A stretch of DNA of 64,000 nucleotides from Tepidisphaera sp. (GTDB lineage: Bacteria; Planctomycetota; Phycisphaerae; Phycisphaerales; UBA1924). The notes beneath the pieces were generated by a model. It was not told where the DNA came from and did not search any database. It was given only the letters and a program-made list of their open reading frames with translations. Made by a program: the position numbers and the translations under genes. The stretch spans positions 1,632,001 through 1,696,000 of the forward strand of contig CP051526.1 in NCBI GenBank assembly GCA_050916045.1, read 5' to 3'. Numbering within the stretch: position 1 is the stretch's first letter; each line of letters starts with the position of its first letter. Below are positions 19,524 to 30,100 of this stretch, piece after piece.

Positions 19524-21959
19524 TCAGGGAGCTTTGGTCTGGGTTCGGAGGATTCCGGCGCCGAAGAGGCCGCCGGTCATGCGGTCGGGCTTGCCGGTGA
19601 GTTTGACGCGGACTTTGTCCTTGCCCGCGAGGAGCGAAGCTGGAACGGCGTATTCGACGTCGAAGAACTCGTTGGGCTTGGTGTTGTCGAGGATCTGGGT
19701 GGCGATCAGGGTGCCGTCGATAGAGATCTCGAACTCGCGGCCGCCGGAATCCGAGCCCCAGTAGGTGCAGGTAAGGATGGCGTCCGAGTCCTTGGGGACC
19801 TTGAGGTCGAAAGCGATCCAGCCGCGGGGGCCGGCGTCTCGCCAGCGGCGGCCCATGTGCTCGCCGGCGTTGGTGAAGACGCCGTCGAAAGCGTGGTCGC
19901 GTTCGGGCTGCATCTCGCCGGGCTGGAAGAAGTCGACCATCCTGGCGGCGCGTTCACGCTGGACGGCTTCGGCGCGCTCGATCTCGGCTTGTCGCTCGGT
20001 CCACTGGGCCTGGCTGAGGCGCTTCCAGTAGACGGTGTAGCGTTCGTTGGCGACGCGGAAGAGAGGGATCAGCGGAAGGTCGGCGGGTCGGACGGCTTCG
20101 TCGGTGCGGAAAGCGAGGGCGTTGGGGTCGGAGCGCGAGACGCGGCGCGTGAGTTCAGAAGCGTCGCAGACGAGGTGGGGCGTCCGCTTGATGTCGACCT
20201 CGGAGGGGTCCATGACGCCCGCGAGGACGACGGGGCCGAAGAGGAAAGCGACGCGGTCGGGATCGTCGGGCGTGGGCTCGGCGGTGAGCTTCATGGGGAG
20301 GGTGAGGGTGAGGCGGTCGCCCGGCTTCCATTCGCGCTCGATGGTGCAGTAGGAGCCGGGGGAGGCGGCGGCGGCGAGCGGTTCGCCGTTGAGGGTGAAG
20401 GTGGGCGTGCCGGCGAGCCACACGGGGCAGCGGATCTTCAGGGCGAGAGTGATGGGTTTGTCGGACTCGAAGCGGAGGGTTGAGGTGTTCTGATCGGGGA
20501 AGGCGGTTTCCTGGATGACCTTGAGGCCCAGGTCCTTCCAGCGGAGTTCGCTGGCGATGAAGAGGTTGACATGGAGGGCCGGGGGCCGGGTTGGCGCGAT
20601 GGCTCGCGAGTAGATGGTGTCGGCGTAGGAAGCGTGGTTTTCCATGCCGGAACCGACGCAGCAGGTGAAATCGTCGAAGGGCCTCTGGAAGGGCTTGGTC
20701 GAACCCGGGCGGAGCGGTGTGAAGTAGAGAACGCCGTCGCCCGCGGGGTCCTTGGATGCGAGGATGTGGTTGTACAGCGCCCGCTCGTAGTAATCCATGA
20801 TCGCGGCGTCGCCGGACCACTCGTGCAACTGCCGCGAGAGCTTGAGCATGTTGTAGGTGTTGCAGGTTTCGGTGGTGTTTCCTTCGAGGCGGGCCGCAAG
20901 GATCCGCGGCTGGGCGAGGTACTCGTTCATCGAGTTGCCGCCGGTGACGTAGGAATGGTCGCGGGTGACGGTCTTCCAGAAGAACCGCGCGGCGTCGCCG
21001 AGCATCGGGTCGGCGGTGAGTTCGTGCTGGCGTGCGGCACCGATGAGCTTGGGGATCTGCGTGTTGGAGTGGAGCCCGGGAAGGATGTCTTTGCCTTCGG
21101 CGAGCGGCGTGAGGATGCGGAGGTCGTTGAAGCGTCGGGCGAGGTCCAGGTGCTTGGGGTCCTTGGTGATCGCCCAGAGGTCGGCGGCGAGTTCATTCAT
21201 GCCGCCGTGCTCGCAGCGGAGCATGCGGTCGAGTTGTTCGGGCGAGAGCGAACCGACGATCGAATGGGAGTAATCGGCGAGGCCCCGCCAGACTTCGAGG
21301 GCTTTGGTGTTGTTGCAGAAGAGGTAGGCGTCGCGGAGGCCGGCCATCTGCTTGTGGAGGGTGTACCAAGGGACCCAGATGCCGTTGAGGTCAAAGCCTT
21401 TGGAGCGGATGTCGCCGGCGGCGACCTCGGCGAGGGCTTTCTTTCCGCCACGGATGGCGGCGACGTATCCGGGGAAGCCGTTTCGCGTGTTGGCGGCCTG
21501 GCAGAGGGCGAGTTCGTCCACGAGGTAGGCGACGCGGTCCTTGAACCTGGCGTCGCCCGTGCCGGCGTACATCTTGGCGCACGCGGTGAGGTAGTGGCCG
21601 AGCGAGTGGCCGCCGATGGTGTCGCGCTCCCAGCCGCCGTAGCCCTCGGCTTTGGGCTCAAGACCGGCGTCGGAGCGGAAGCGGGCGAGCAAACGGTCCG
21701 CTTCGATGCGGAGGAGGTAGTCGGCGTGGGCGTCCCGAGCTTTCTTGAACGGGTTGATGAACGGTGCCGGAGCGTCGAGGAGCGAGACGTCAGCAGCGGA
21801 GAAAGTGCGGAGGGCCGGCGAGAAAGCCTGCGAGAAAGCCGGCGCCGGTGCGGCGGGCGCGCTTGGGGCGGGGGCCGCAGGCTGGGCAGCGGCCGCGAGC
21901 GGAGCGGCGCAGCTGATCGCGACGGCGGCGAGCCGGAGTGCGAAGTCGGAAACGTGCAT
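19524..21959 (-). CDS. Secreted beta-L-arabinofuranosidase-like glycoside hydrolase (GH146/GH127 group)
   Basis: GHSLGHYLTA, WVPWYTLHK, EHGGMNE, HSNTQIPK, ETCNTYNMLKL, FTCCVGSGMENH; signal peptide from ATG 21959. Confidence 0.88.
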   Translation of the reverse strand: MHVSDFALRLAAVAISCAAPLAAAAQPAAPAPSAPAAPAPAFSQAFSPALRTFSAADVSLLDAPAPFINPFKKARDAHADYLLRIEADRLLARFRSDAGLEPKAEGYGGWERDTIGGHSLGHYLTACAKMYAGTGDARFKDRVAYLVDELALCQAANTRNGFPGYVAAIRGGKKALAEVAAGDIRSKGFDLNGIWVPWYTLHKQMAGLRDAYLFCNNTKALEVWRGLADYSHSIVGSLSPEQLDRMLRCEHGGMNELAADLWAITKDPKHLDLARRFNDLRILTPLAEGKDILPGLHSNTQIPKLIGAARQHELTADPMLGDAARFFWKTVTRDHSYVTGGNSMNEYLAQPRILAARLEGNTTETCNTYNMLKLSRQLHEWSGDAAIMDYYERALYNHILASKDPAGDGVLYFTPLRPGSTKPFQRPFDDFTCCVGSGMENHASYADTIYSRAIAPTRPPALHVNLFIASELRWKDLGLKVIQETAFPDQNTSTLRFESDKPITLALKIRCPVWLAGTPTFTLNGEPLAAAASPGSYCTIEREWKPGDRLTLTLPMKLTAEPTPDDPDRVAFLFGPVVLAGVMDPSEVDIKRTPHLVCDASELTRRVSRSDPNALAFRTDEAVRPADLPLIPLFRVANERYTVYWKRLSQAQWTERQAEIERAEAVQRERAARMVDFFQPGEMQPERDHAFDGVFTNAGEHMGRRWRDAGPRGWIAFDLKVPKDSDAILTCTYWGSDSGGREFEISIDGTLIATQILDNTKPNEFFDVEYAVPASLLAGKDKVRVKLTGKPDRMTGGLFGAGILRTQTKAP

Positions 21960-21970
21960 GTCGTGGTTCC

Positions 21971-23476
21971 TCAGACGGCGAGCGGAGCGGCGATGGGAGA
22001 ATCGGCGACGGTGGAGATCCCCTCGAAGGGGAGACGCGGGGAATAAAGCCCCTGAACGTCCTGCGTGGCGTGGTAGACCTTGGCGCCCATGTAGTTGCCC
22101 AGGGCTTCCCAGAGCACGTTGCCGACGTGACCCTGGGTGATTGCGACATGGTGCGGGAAGTGCTTGAGGAGGACGTCGCGGTAGAGACGCTGGAGGTTGG
22201 GGAGTCGGCACCAGCCGTAGCAGCCGAAGGTGACGGCGGGGTTGTCCTCGATTCGGCCCTGTGCGATGACGGCTTTGAGATCGCCCGTGGGGTCCTGAGT
22301 CATGCGGCAGAGCGTGAGGGGGTTGGGCTTGGCGATGAACTCGATGGTGCCTTCGGAGTTGTCGTACGAAGCCGCGCCGGAGCTTGCGATGATCTCCTGC
22401 ACGCCGAGCTTGACGGGCGTCTTGGCGAACGCCGCGGGAAAGACGCCGCAGTGCCAGACGTTGACGAGTTCATCGTCGTCGTTGTGGAGGTTGTTCCAGT
22501 CCGCGAGGCCGGCGGGGGAGTCGCTGGCAAGCATGGAGGCGTGCATCGAGATCGTGCCCATGATGTCCGCTTCGCACGCGGAGGGCATCCCCTCATCGCC
22601 GAAACGGCTCATGGTGGTGCAGGAGCAGACGCCGTAGTTGGCTTGGATGCTCGTCCAGCACTGGATGGCGAAAGCGTCGATGGCGTTGTCCTTGCCCCAG
22701 CGGCGGAGGAAGAGCTCGAGTTTCGCCGAACGCATCACCGAAAGCTGTTTGATCGCGGCGGTGTTGGCGTAGCCGTTGATGCTCGCGACGACCTTGGCGA
22801 GATCGGGATCGTTGTCGGGGATGCGGTTGGCTCCGCCGATGGCTTCGGAGAGGTCGAGCGTGACGACGGTGGGGCCCATGAGCTGGAGCTGCTTCTCGTT
22901 GTAACGACAGGTCCAGAACGCGTCCGGGCGGGCTCCGATCTGGCCGTAGCGCGCGTTGCGGAGTCCGTGGACCACGCGGCAGACGCGGACGAACCAGTCG
23001 ACGTCGCGGCGGAAGGACTCGTCGGTCGGAAAGCAGATCGGCCGCTGGGCGACGGTGTACGCCGCGCCGATCTGCCGCAGGACCTCGCCGATCGAGAGCA
23101 AGCCGCAGAAGGAGTCGCGGCGCTTGGTCGTCATCGTGAGGCGTTCCTCCTCCTGACAGCCGTAGATGAGGATCGGAACGTTGAGAGCGGCTTTCTTGAC
23201 GCACCAGGCCACGCCCTGTTCCTCGCCGAAGTTCACGGCTCCGACGATGATGCCGTGGACGCCTTCGCGGCGGAAGAGCTCGGCGGCGAGTTCGGCTTCC
23301 TGACGCGTCTCGACGCAGCCGACCTTGGTCTGGCTGACGTCAGGAACCACGACCTGCACACCCATCGCCCTCAGGACGGTGATGGTCTGGTCACGCATCT
23401 TGGCGGCGAGCTCCTTGGAGAAAAAGCCGCGGTTGCTGGGGATGAAGCCGAGTTTGACGGTGGTCAGGCGTGGCAT
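21971..23476 (-). CDS. L-fucose/L-arabinose isomerase family protein (non-AraA type)
   Basis: NFGEE, RRDSFCGLLSI, AIQCWT, ACEADIMG, WHCG, FPHHVA; lies directly after araB-araD. Confidence 0.85.
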   Translation of the reverse strand: MPRLTTVKLGFIPSNRGFFSKELAAKMRDQTITVLRAMGVQVVVPDVSQTKVGCVETRQEAELAAELFRREGVHGIIVGAVNFGEEQGVAWCVKKAALNVPILIYGCQEEERLTMTTKRRDSFCGLLSIGEVLRQIGAAYTVAQRPICFPTDESFRRDVDWFVRVCRVVHGLRNARYGQIGARPDAFWTCRYNEKQLQLMGPTVVTLDLSEAIGGANRIPDNDPDLAKVVASINGYANTAAIKQLSVMRSAKLELFLRRWGKDNAIDAFAIQCWTSIQANYGVCSCTTMSRFGDEGMPSACEADIMGTISMHASMLASDSPAGLADWNNLHNDDDELVNVWHCGVFPAAFAKTPVKLGVQEIIASSGAASYDNSEGTIEFIAKPNPLTLCRMTQDPTGDLKAVIAQGRIEDNPAVTFGCYGWCRLPNLQRLYRDVLLKHFPHHVAITQGHVGNVLWEALGNYMGAKVYHATQDVQGLYSPRLPFEGISTVADSPIAAPLAV

Positions 23477-23527
23477 GGTGCGTGTCCGAGGTTTGGGGAA
23501 CGGTTCAGGAAGGAATCGGTACGAAGT

Positions 23528-24220
23528 TCAGGGCTGACCGTAGTACCGGTTGGCCCCGTGCTTGCGGTCGTGATGCTTGGCGAGGACGTGCGGTTCGAGG
23601 GTCGGTGTGTCCGGGCGGAAAAGGAGCGTCGCGTGGGCCATTCGGGCGACGGCTTCGAGGGCGACGGCGTTGTCGACGGCTTTTGCCATCGACGGCCCCC
23701 AGGCGAAGGGAGCGTGGCCCGCGACGAGGACGGCCGGAATCGCGGCAGGGTCAGTGTTGGCGAACCGCTCGACGATGACGCGGCCGGTATTGTGCTCGTA
23801 CTCGGTCAGTTCGGCGGGCGTGAGCTGTCGCGTGACGGGGACCGCGCCGGCGAAGTGGTCGGCGTGCGTCGTGCCCAAGCAGGGGATCTCCCGGCGGGCC
23901 TGAGCAAAGACGGTGGCGAACGTGCTATGGGTGTGCACGATGGCTCCAACCTTGGGGAAAGCGTTGTACAGAGCAAGGTGCGTCGGAGCGTCTGTCGAGG
24001 GCCGCAGCGCGCCCCGGACGACCTTCCCCGAAAGCTCGAGCACGACGATCTGGTCTGGCGTGAGCGTGTCGTACGAGACGCCGCTTGGCTTGATCGCAAC
24101 CAAGCCCTCGTCCCGGAGAATCGCGCTGGCATTGCCCCACGTCAGCGTGACCAGGCCGTGGTTGACCAGAGCGAGATTCGCGTGGCAGACCTCGGCGCAG
24201 AGGCGGTCAAGAGCGGTCAT
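23528..24220 (-). CDS. araD: L-ribulose-5-phosphate 4-epimerase
   Basis: LVTLTWGNAS, IKPSGVSY, PSTDAPTHLALY, HTHS, GTTHADHF, KHHDRKHGANRYYGQ. Confidence 0.95.
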   Translation of the reverse strand: MTALDRLCAEVCHANLALVNHGLVTLTWGNASAILRDEGLVAIKPSGVSYDTLTPDQIVVLELSGKVVRGALRPSTDAPTHLALYNAFPKVGAIVHTHSTFATVFAQARREIPCLGTTHADHFAGAVPVTRQLTPAELTEYEHNTGRVIVERFANTDPAAIPAVLVAGHAPFAWGPSMAKAVDNAVALEAVARMAHATLLFRPDTPTLEPHVLAKHHDRKHGANRYYGQP

Positions 24221-25917
24221 GCGTGCCTCCCCGCGCGGGCCTGCTGCCTGATCGCGATGAGCTCCTTCATGAGGCCCCCCAGAGGGATTGGAGCCCCGCG
24301 GCCGCCGAAAGCGTCGTGAAGCTGCCCGTACAGGGCATACAGACGGCGATAGACGGCGGAGGCTTGCGAGCGGGGCTCGTAGGTCGTGGCCGGAACGGCG
24401 CACATGGCACGCTGAGCGTGCGCGACCGAAGCGTGGGCCCCGCCGACGACGGCTCCGAAGATCGCGGCGCCGAGGGCGCACGTCTGCGGTGAGCGGCTGA
24501 CCTTGATGGGGCGGCCGGTGATGTCGGCGTAGATCTGCATGGCGAGGGGGTTCTTCAGAGCGATGCCGCCGCACGCGACGATCTCCTCGACCGCGACACC
24601 GAAACGCTCGATGCGGTCGATGATGGTGAGGGCTCCGAAAGCGGTCGCTTCGATGAAGGCGCGGTAGAGCTCGGCGGGCGTGGTCGCGAGCGTCTCGCCG
24701 ATGACCAGACCGGTGAGGAGCGGGTCGACGAGGATCGTGCGGTTGCCGTTGTGCCAGTCGAGGGCGACCAGGCCGCTTTCGCCGGGCGCGAGAGCGGCGG
24801 CGGCGGACGAAAGGGCTTCGTGGGCCAGTTCCGCAGAAGCATGCTTGCCGGGAGCGATGCGCTGGACGAACCAGTTGAAGATGTCGCCGACGGCGGACTG
24901 GCCCGCTTCGATGCCGTACATGCCCGGGAGGACGCTCTCGGGGACGATGCCGCAGACGCCGGGGATGTCGGCGAGGGGCTTGTCAAGCGGCCAGACCATG
25001 CAGTCGCAGGTGCTTGTACCGATGATCTTGACGAGGGTGCCGGGCTTGATGCCCGCGCCGACGGCTCCCATGTGGGCGTCGAACGCACCGACGGCGACGG
25101 CGGTTCCAGGCCGAAGGCCGACGCGATCGGCCCAAGCCTGCGTGAGGCCGCCCGCTTTGCGGTCGGAGGGGACGGCGATCGGAGCGGAGCGGTCGCGGAA
25201 GCGGCTGAGGCCGGGATGAACCTGTTCGAGGAAAGAGGCAGCGGGGAGCCCGCCCCACGACGCGTGGTACATGGCTTTGTGACCGGCGGCGCAGACGCTC
25301 CGGCTCATGGTGTGCGGGTCGCACGCTCCGGTGACGGCGCCGACGACGTAGTCGCAAAGCTCAACCCAGGAGTAGGTCGCGGCCGCGACGCGCGGAGCCG
25401 CTTTCTCGCAGCGAGCGGCTTTCGCCCAGTACCACTCGGAGGAATAGGTGCCGCCGCACTTGGCGAGGTAGGGGAGGTTGGCGGCGGCGGCGAGACGCGT
25501 GATGTCCGCGGCTTCCTGATGGGCGGTATGGTCCTTCCAAAGCCAGGCCATCGCGTCGGGATCGGCCGCGAACTCATCGTGCAGAGCAAGCGCCGTGCCC
25601 GCACGATCGACGGGGATGGGCGTGGATCCGGTGGTGTCCACGCCGAGGCCCACCACGCGGTCCGGGTGAAAGCCGGGCTTTGTGCTGGCGAGGCGAACCG
25701 CTTCGGCGACGGAACGCTCGAACCCGTCCAGGTAGTCGCGCGGATGCTGACGCGCAAGGTTCGGGTCCTTGTCGCTGAGCACAACACCCTCGGTGCCGTG
25801 TTTGTACGCGAACGTGGAGGTCGCGATCTCCTCGCCGCTTCCGGTATCGACGACGATCGCACGGACGGAGTTCGTGCCGTAATCCACGCCGATCGCGAAG
25901 GTGCTGCTGTTGGTCAT
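24217..25917 (-). CDS. araB: Ribulokinase
   Basis: IGVDYGTNSVRA, GVDTTGSTPIPVD, WLWKDHTA, YSSEWYWAK, EAGQSAVGDIFNWF, LDWHNGNRT. Confidence 0.95.
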   Translation of the reverse strand: MTNSSTFAIGVDYGTNSVRAIVVDTGSGEEIATSTFAYKHGTEGVVLSDKDPNLARQHPRDYLDGFERSVAEAVRLASTKPGFHPDRVVGLGVDTTGSTPIPVDRAGTALALHDEFAADPDAMAWLWKDHTAHQEAADITRLAAAANLPYLAKCGGTYSSEWYWAKAARCEKAAPRVAAATYSWVELCDYVVGAVTGACDPHTMSRSVCAAGHKAMYHASWGGLPAASFLEQVHPGLSRFRDRSAPIAVPSDRKAGGLTQAWADRVGLRPGTAVAVGAFDAHMGAVGAGIKPGTLVKIIGTSTCDCMVWPLDKPLADIPGVCGIVPESVLPGMYGIEAGQSAVGDIFNWFVQRIAPGKHASAELAHEALSSAAAALAPGESGLVALDWHNGNRTILVDPLLTGLVIGETLATTPAELYRAFIEATAFGALTIIDRIERFGVAVEEIVACGGIALKNPLAMQIYADITGRPIKVSRSPQTCALGAAIFGAVVGGAHASVAHAQRAMCAVPATTYEPRSQASAVYRRLYALYGQLHDAFGGRGAPIPLGGLMKELIAIRQQARAGRHA

Positions 25918-27137
25918 GAGCGCGGGGCTTTCCTCGATGAGCGGCGGTGGGGCCGTGGTGTCAAAGCAGACTCGGCGTCGGGTTCGACCAGTTCGGGTTC
26001 CGGCAGAAGGAACCGATCGGCCGCCGCCGCGACCAAGCCTACCGCGCGGCGGCGGGGTGCGACGTGGCACGTCAGGCGGCCCAGGCGGCTGATGAGCGAG
26101 TGGAGCGAAATACGGTGCTCAAAGAGCGGCCCGATCTCCGCATGCAGGTCGGGCAGGTCCCCCGTGAGGACCACGTCCTGTGTTCCCACAAGGTTGATCG
26201 CGCCGGCGATCACGACCGCCGCGGCATCGATCGATCGGGCAAGCCACGGCTCGATGCCCTTGGCCGCCACGTGCTCCTGCACCATCTCCCACGTCGCGGC
26301 CCGAACCTTGCATCGCTCGCGGAACGATGCGATCAGTCCTTGGCGTGACACAAGCGTCTCGACGCAGCCGACCGAACCGCACACACACGCCCGGTGGTTG
26401 CCGTGCACGCCCGTATGGCCCAGTTCGCCCGACATCGGAAGGGTGCCCTGAAACAACTGGCCGCCCGCGACCAAAGCTCCGCCGACGCCGTCGCCGAAGT
26501 CCACCAGCACGAACGACTCGGGAACAGGCCGCCCCGCTCCGCTCCCAGCCTGGTGGCCGAGCGCAAGAGCCTGGATCTCCTGCACGGCGCAGACCTTGGC
26601 GTGGAACACCTCGCCCAGACGCGGAAGGAACCGGTGCTCCTCGATCAGCGGCAGGTTGGGGGAGCAGAGCACCCGGTCGGCGCCGGCGTCGAGCACGCCC
26701 GGCACGCTGACCAGCACGAATTCGGTCCGAGGAGCCTCAAGCTTGACGCGGGCCCCATCGAGGCGGGAAAGGAGGGTTTCCGACGTTCGGGGCGTCGAGA
26801 ATTCCGTGCGGCGGGCGGCTTTCGTGAGGTCCAGAGGCTGAACCATCACGGTGGTCGTTCGCACGCCCAGTTCGACCATGGTGAGCTCACGCCCGGACGA
26901 GAGCGCGAGATTCCGTGGCGGCCGGCCCATCACCGGACGCGGGCCTGGCTCGACGGCCGATTCGATCTCTTCGATCAGCCCCTCCCGGACCAGATCGTCG
27001 CAGACCTTTCCCGCCGTCATCGGCGAGAGGCCGGTGGCACGGGCCAGGTCCGCCCGGGACATCCCGCCGTGGGTCAGGAGCAGGCGGAAGACCCTCCGCC
27101 TGTTCGCCGCCCGGAGTTGTGAGGGGTGCGCGTACAT
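25914..27137 (-). CDS. ROK family transcriptional regulator (XylR/NagC-like)
   Basis: N-terminal HTH SRADLARATGLSPMT; GELGH and CVCGSVGCVE Zn motif; start 27137 or 27146. Confidence 0.9.
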   Translation of the reverse strand: MYAHPSQLRAANRRRVFRLLLTHGGMSRADLARATGLSPMTAGKVCDDLVREGLIEEIESAVEPGPRPVMGRPPRNLALSSGRELTMVELGVRTTTVMVQPLDLTKAARRTEFSTPRTSETLLSRLDGARVKLEAPRTEFVLVSVPGVLDAGADRVLCSPNLPLIEEHRFLPRLGEVFHAKVCAVQEIQALALGHQAGSGAGRPVPESFVLVDFGDGVGGALVAGGQLFQGTLPMSGELGHTGVHGNHRACVCGSVGCVETLVSRQGLIASFRERCKVRAATWEMVQEHVAAKGIEPWLARSIDAAAVVIAGAINLVGTQDVVLTGDLPDLHAEIGPLFEHRISLHSLISRLGRLTCHVAPRRRAVGLVAAAADRFLLPEPELVEPDAESALTPRPHRRSSRKAPRS

Positions 27138-27143
27138 TGAAAG

Positions 27144-27157
27144 CATAGTATACTATG
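27144..27157. promoter_or_regulatory. Perfect 14-bp palindrome CATAGTATACTATG, candidate operator and bidirectional -10 region
   Basis: Only AT-rich patch in the ~60 bp gap between the divergent arms of the arabinose locus. Confidence 0.6.
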
Positions 27158-27196
27158 TATCGCCCTCCCCCGCGGAGGTCCCATTCTGGAGAAGCC

Positions 27197-30100
27197 ATGG
27201 GTCGAATCCTCACCACGCTCGCCGCCCTCCTCTGTCTGCTCTCTCAGCTTTCGGCGGTCAGCTCGGCCTGGGCCCGCCAGGACGCGCCGGCTCTGTCCAA
27301 AGCCGGGGCAAAAACCGGTCCGAAGGTCGTCCTCACCGACGAGTTCTGGGCGCCCCGCATGCGCCTCAACCGCGAGGTCACCCTTCCGCACGTCCTTGAA
27401 CAGTGCGAGAAGACCGGGCGAATCGCCAACTTTGAGGTCGCCGCGGGCAAGCGACAGGGCGGGATGACCGGCCTCTACTTCAACGACTCAGACCTGTATA
27501 AGACGATCGAGGGCGCGGCGTACATCCTCGCCGAGAAGCCCGACCCGGCTCTGGAAGCCCGTTGCGACGAGATCATCGCGATCATCGCGTCCGCTCAGGA
27601 GCCAGACGGCTACCTCTACACGCCGCGCAGGATCCTTGATCCCAAAAACATGCCTCCGGGCGGCAAGGAACGCTGGTCGGACATGGGCGCCGGCCACGAG
27701 CTTTACTGCGTCGGCCACCTCTACGAAGCCGCTGTCGCGTACGCGAACGCCACCGGCAAACGCAAGCTCATGGAGGTCGCGATCAAGAACGCCGACCTCG
27801 TCGCTTCCGTCTTCGGCCCGGGCAGGAACCCGCACCCGTGCGGGCACCCGGAGGTTGAGATCGGCCTGGCCAAGCTTTACGACGCGACGGGCAACCGCAA
27901 GTACCTCGACCTTCTCGAATTCTTCATCCTGACCCGCGGGAAAGCCGAGGGACGCCCGCTCTACGGCGAGTACGCCCAGGACCACCTCCCCGTCCTCGAA
28001 CAGAGCAAAGCCGTCGGCCACGCCGTCCGACTCGCGTACCTCTTCTCCGGCGTCGTCGATCTCGGCATGCGCACCGGCAAGCCCGAATACACCAAAGCCG
28101 CTGCCCGCGTCTGGGACGACATCGTCGCCAGCAAAATGTATATCACCGGCGGGATCGGAAGCCAGGGGAACAACGAGGGCTTCGGCGAAGCCTTCGATCT
28201 TCCCAACTCCAGCGCGTACAACGAAACGTGCGCATCCATCGCGTTCTTCCACTGGAACCAGCGGATGTTCCTTGCGACCCGCGAAGCCAAGTACATCGAC
28301 GTCGCCGAGCGCACGCTCTACAACGCGATGCTCGCGGGGTGGTCGCTTTCCGGTGAGCGGTTCTTCTACCCCAACCCGCTGGAATCGGCGCACGGCCGCT
28401 CGCGTTCGCCGTGGTTTGACTGTGCTTGCTGCCCGCCCAACGTCGTCCGGTTCATCGCGTCCCTCCCCGAGCAGGTGTACGCCTCCTTCGGTCGCGAGAT
28501 CTATGTCAACCACCTGATCTCAAGCGAGGGACGATTCACGGTCGACGGGACCGACGTCGTCATCAAGCAGGATTCGGGGCTGCCGTGGAAGGGTGATGTC
28601 GCGGTGACGGTGTCGCCCAACCGCCCGATCCGGATGGCCGTGCATGTGCGCATCCCGGGTTGGGCGACGGGGTCGCCGGTGCCGGGGTCGCTTTACTCGG
28701 ACTCGATGGCGACCAAGCCCGCGCCGGTCGTGACCGGCCCGGACGGCTCGCCGGTCGCCGTCCGCGACGGGTACGCCACGATCGACCGCGAATGGAAGCC
28801 GGGGGACACCGTGCGGTTCACGCTGTCCATGGATGTGCGCCCGATCAAAGCCGACAGCCGCGTCGCGAGCGGCCGGTCGCGCGTCGCCATGCAGCGCGGC
28901 CCGCTCGTCTATTGCTTCGAAGCCGTCGACCAGAAGGAACCGCACGTCCTCTCGATGGTGACCGATTCCGGCGCGAAGTGGGAGCCTGTCTTTGCTCCCA
29001 AGGACCTCGGCGGGGTGGTCAAGCTCAACACCAGCGTCTCGCTTGTCAAACGCGACGAGAGCGGCAAGCCCGCGATCTCGGGGACGATGCAGGCGACCGC
29101 CGTTCCGTACTACGCATGGGCCAACCGTGCCCGCGGCGCGATGTGCGTCTGGGTCGCGTCCGATCCGGAAGCGGCCAAGCCGCTGCCCGCGCCCACGATC
29201 GCCCACAACGCGAAAGCGAGCTCATCCTTCGGCGGGGAGGTCGCGGCCGTCAGCGATCAGCTTGAACCCGCGAGCTCCGGCGACCACGACAATCCGTTCC
29301 TCCACTGGTGGCCCCGCAAAGGCACGCGCGAGTGGGTGCAGTACGAGTTCGCCAAGCCGACCGTGGTGCAGGGGTGCGAGGTCTACTGGTTCGACGACAC
29401 CGGGCGTGGCGAGTGCCGCTTGCCCGCTTCGTGGCGCGTGGAAGCCATGGTCGAAGGAGCATGGCAGGAGGTAAAGAACCCCAGCGGCTACGGCGTCAAG
29501 TCTGACGTGTACAACGTGTCCACCTTCACGCCGGTCGAGACCACGGCTCTGCGGCTCAGCATTCAGTCACGCGAGGGCTGGTCCGGCGGTGTGCACGAGT
29601 GGCGTGTGAACGGCGGTCCGGCGAAGCCGGCCGCGGCGGCCGCAGCGCAGCCCGCCATCGCCAACGGCTCGTTCGAGCAAGCCGATGGGAACGCTCCCGC
29701 GGGCTGGAAGCAGTCCGTTTGGGGCGGCAAGGGTGAACTCACGCACGTTTCTTCGGGCCGCACGGGCTCGCGCTCGGTTGCCATCAGCTCCGAAGCCGGC
29801 GGTGATCTCGCGTGGTCCGTGACCGTGCCGGTGGAGTACAACTCGAAGTACAAGCTGACCGGCTGGATCAAGACCGAGAACGTCAAGACCAAAAATGGCG
29901 GTCAGGGCGCCCTCTTCAACATCCACAACATCCAGTCCGTGCGCACCAAAGCCATCACGGGCACCAGCGACTGGACCGAGGTGAGCGCCGAGTTCGAGAC
30001 CGGCTTGCAGGACCAGATCACCATCAACTGCCTCTTCGGCGGCTGGGGATTCGCGACGGGGCAAGCGTGGTTCGACGATGTTTCGCTGACGCTCATCAAG

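Noticed and set aside
21938..24319. Long antisense or alternate-frame ORFs (e.g. 21938..24319 +, 38561..40915 -, 46122..48323 +, 47369..49405 +, 29567..31594 -, 51620..53311 +)
   Set aside because: Shadow ORFs of well-supported genes, expected in high-GC DNA; no independent motifs
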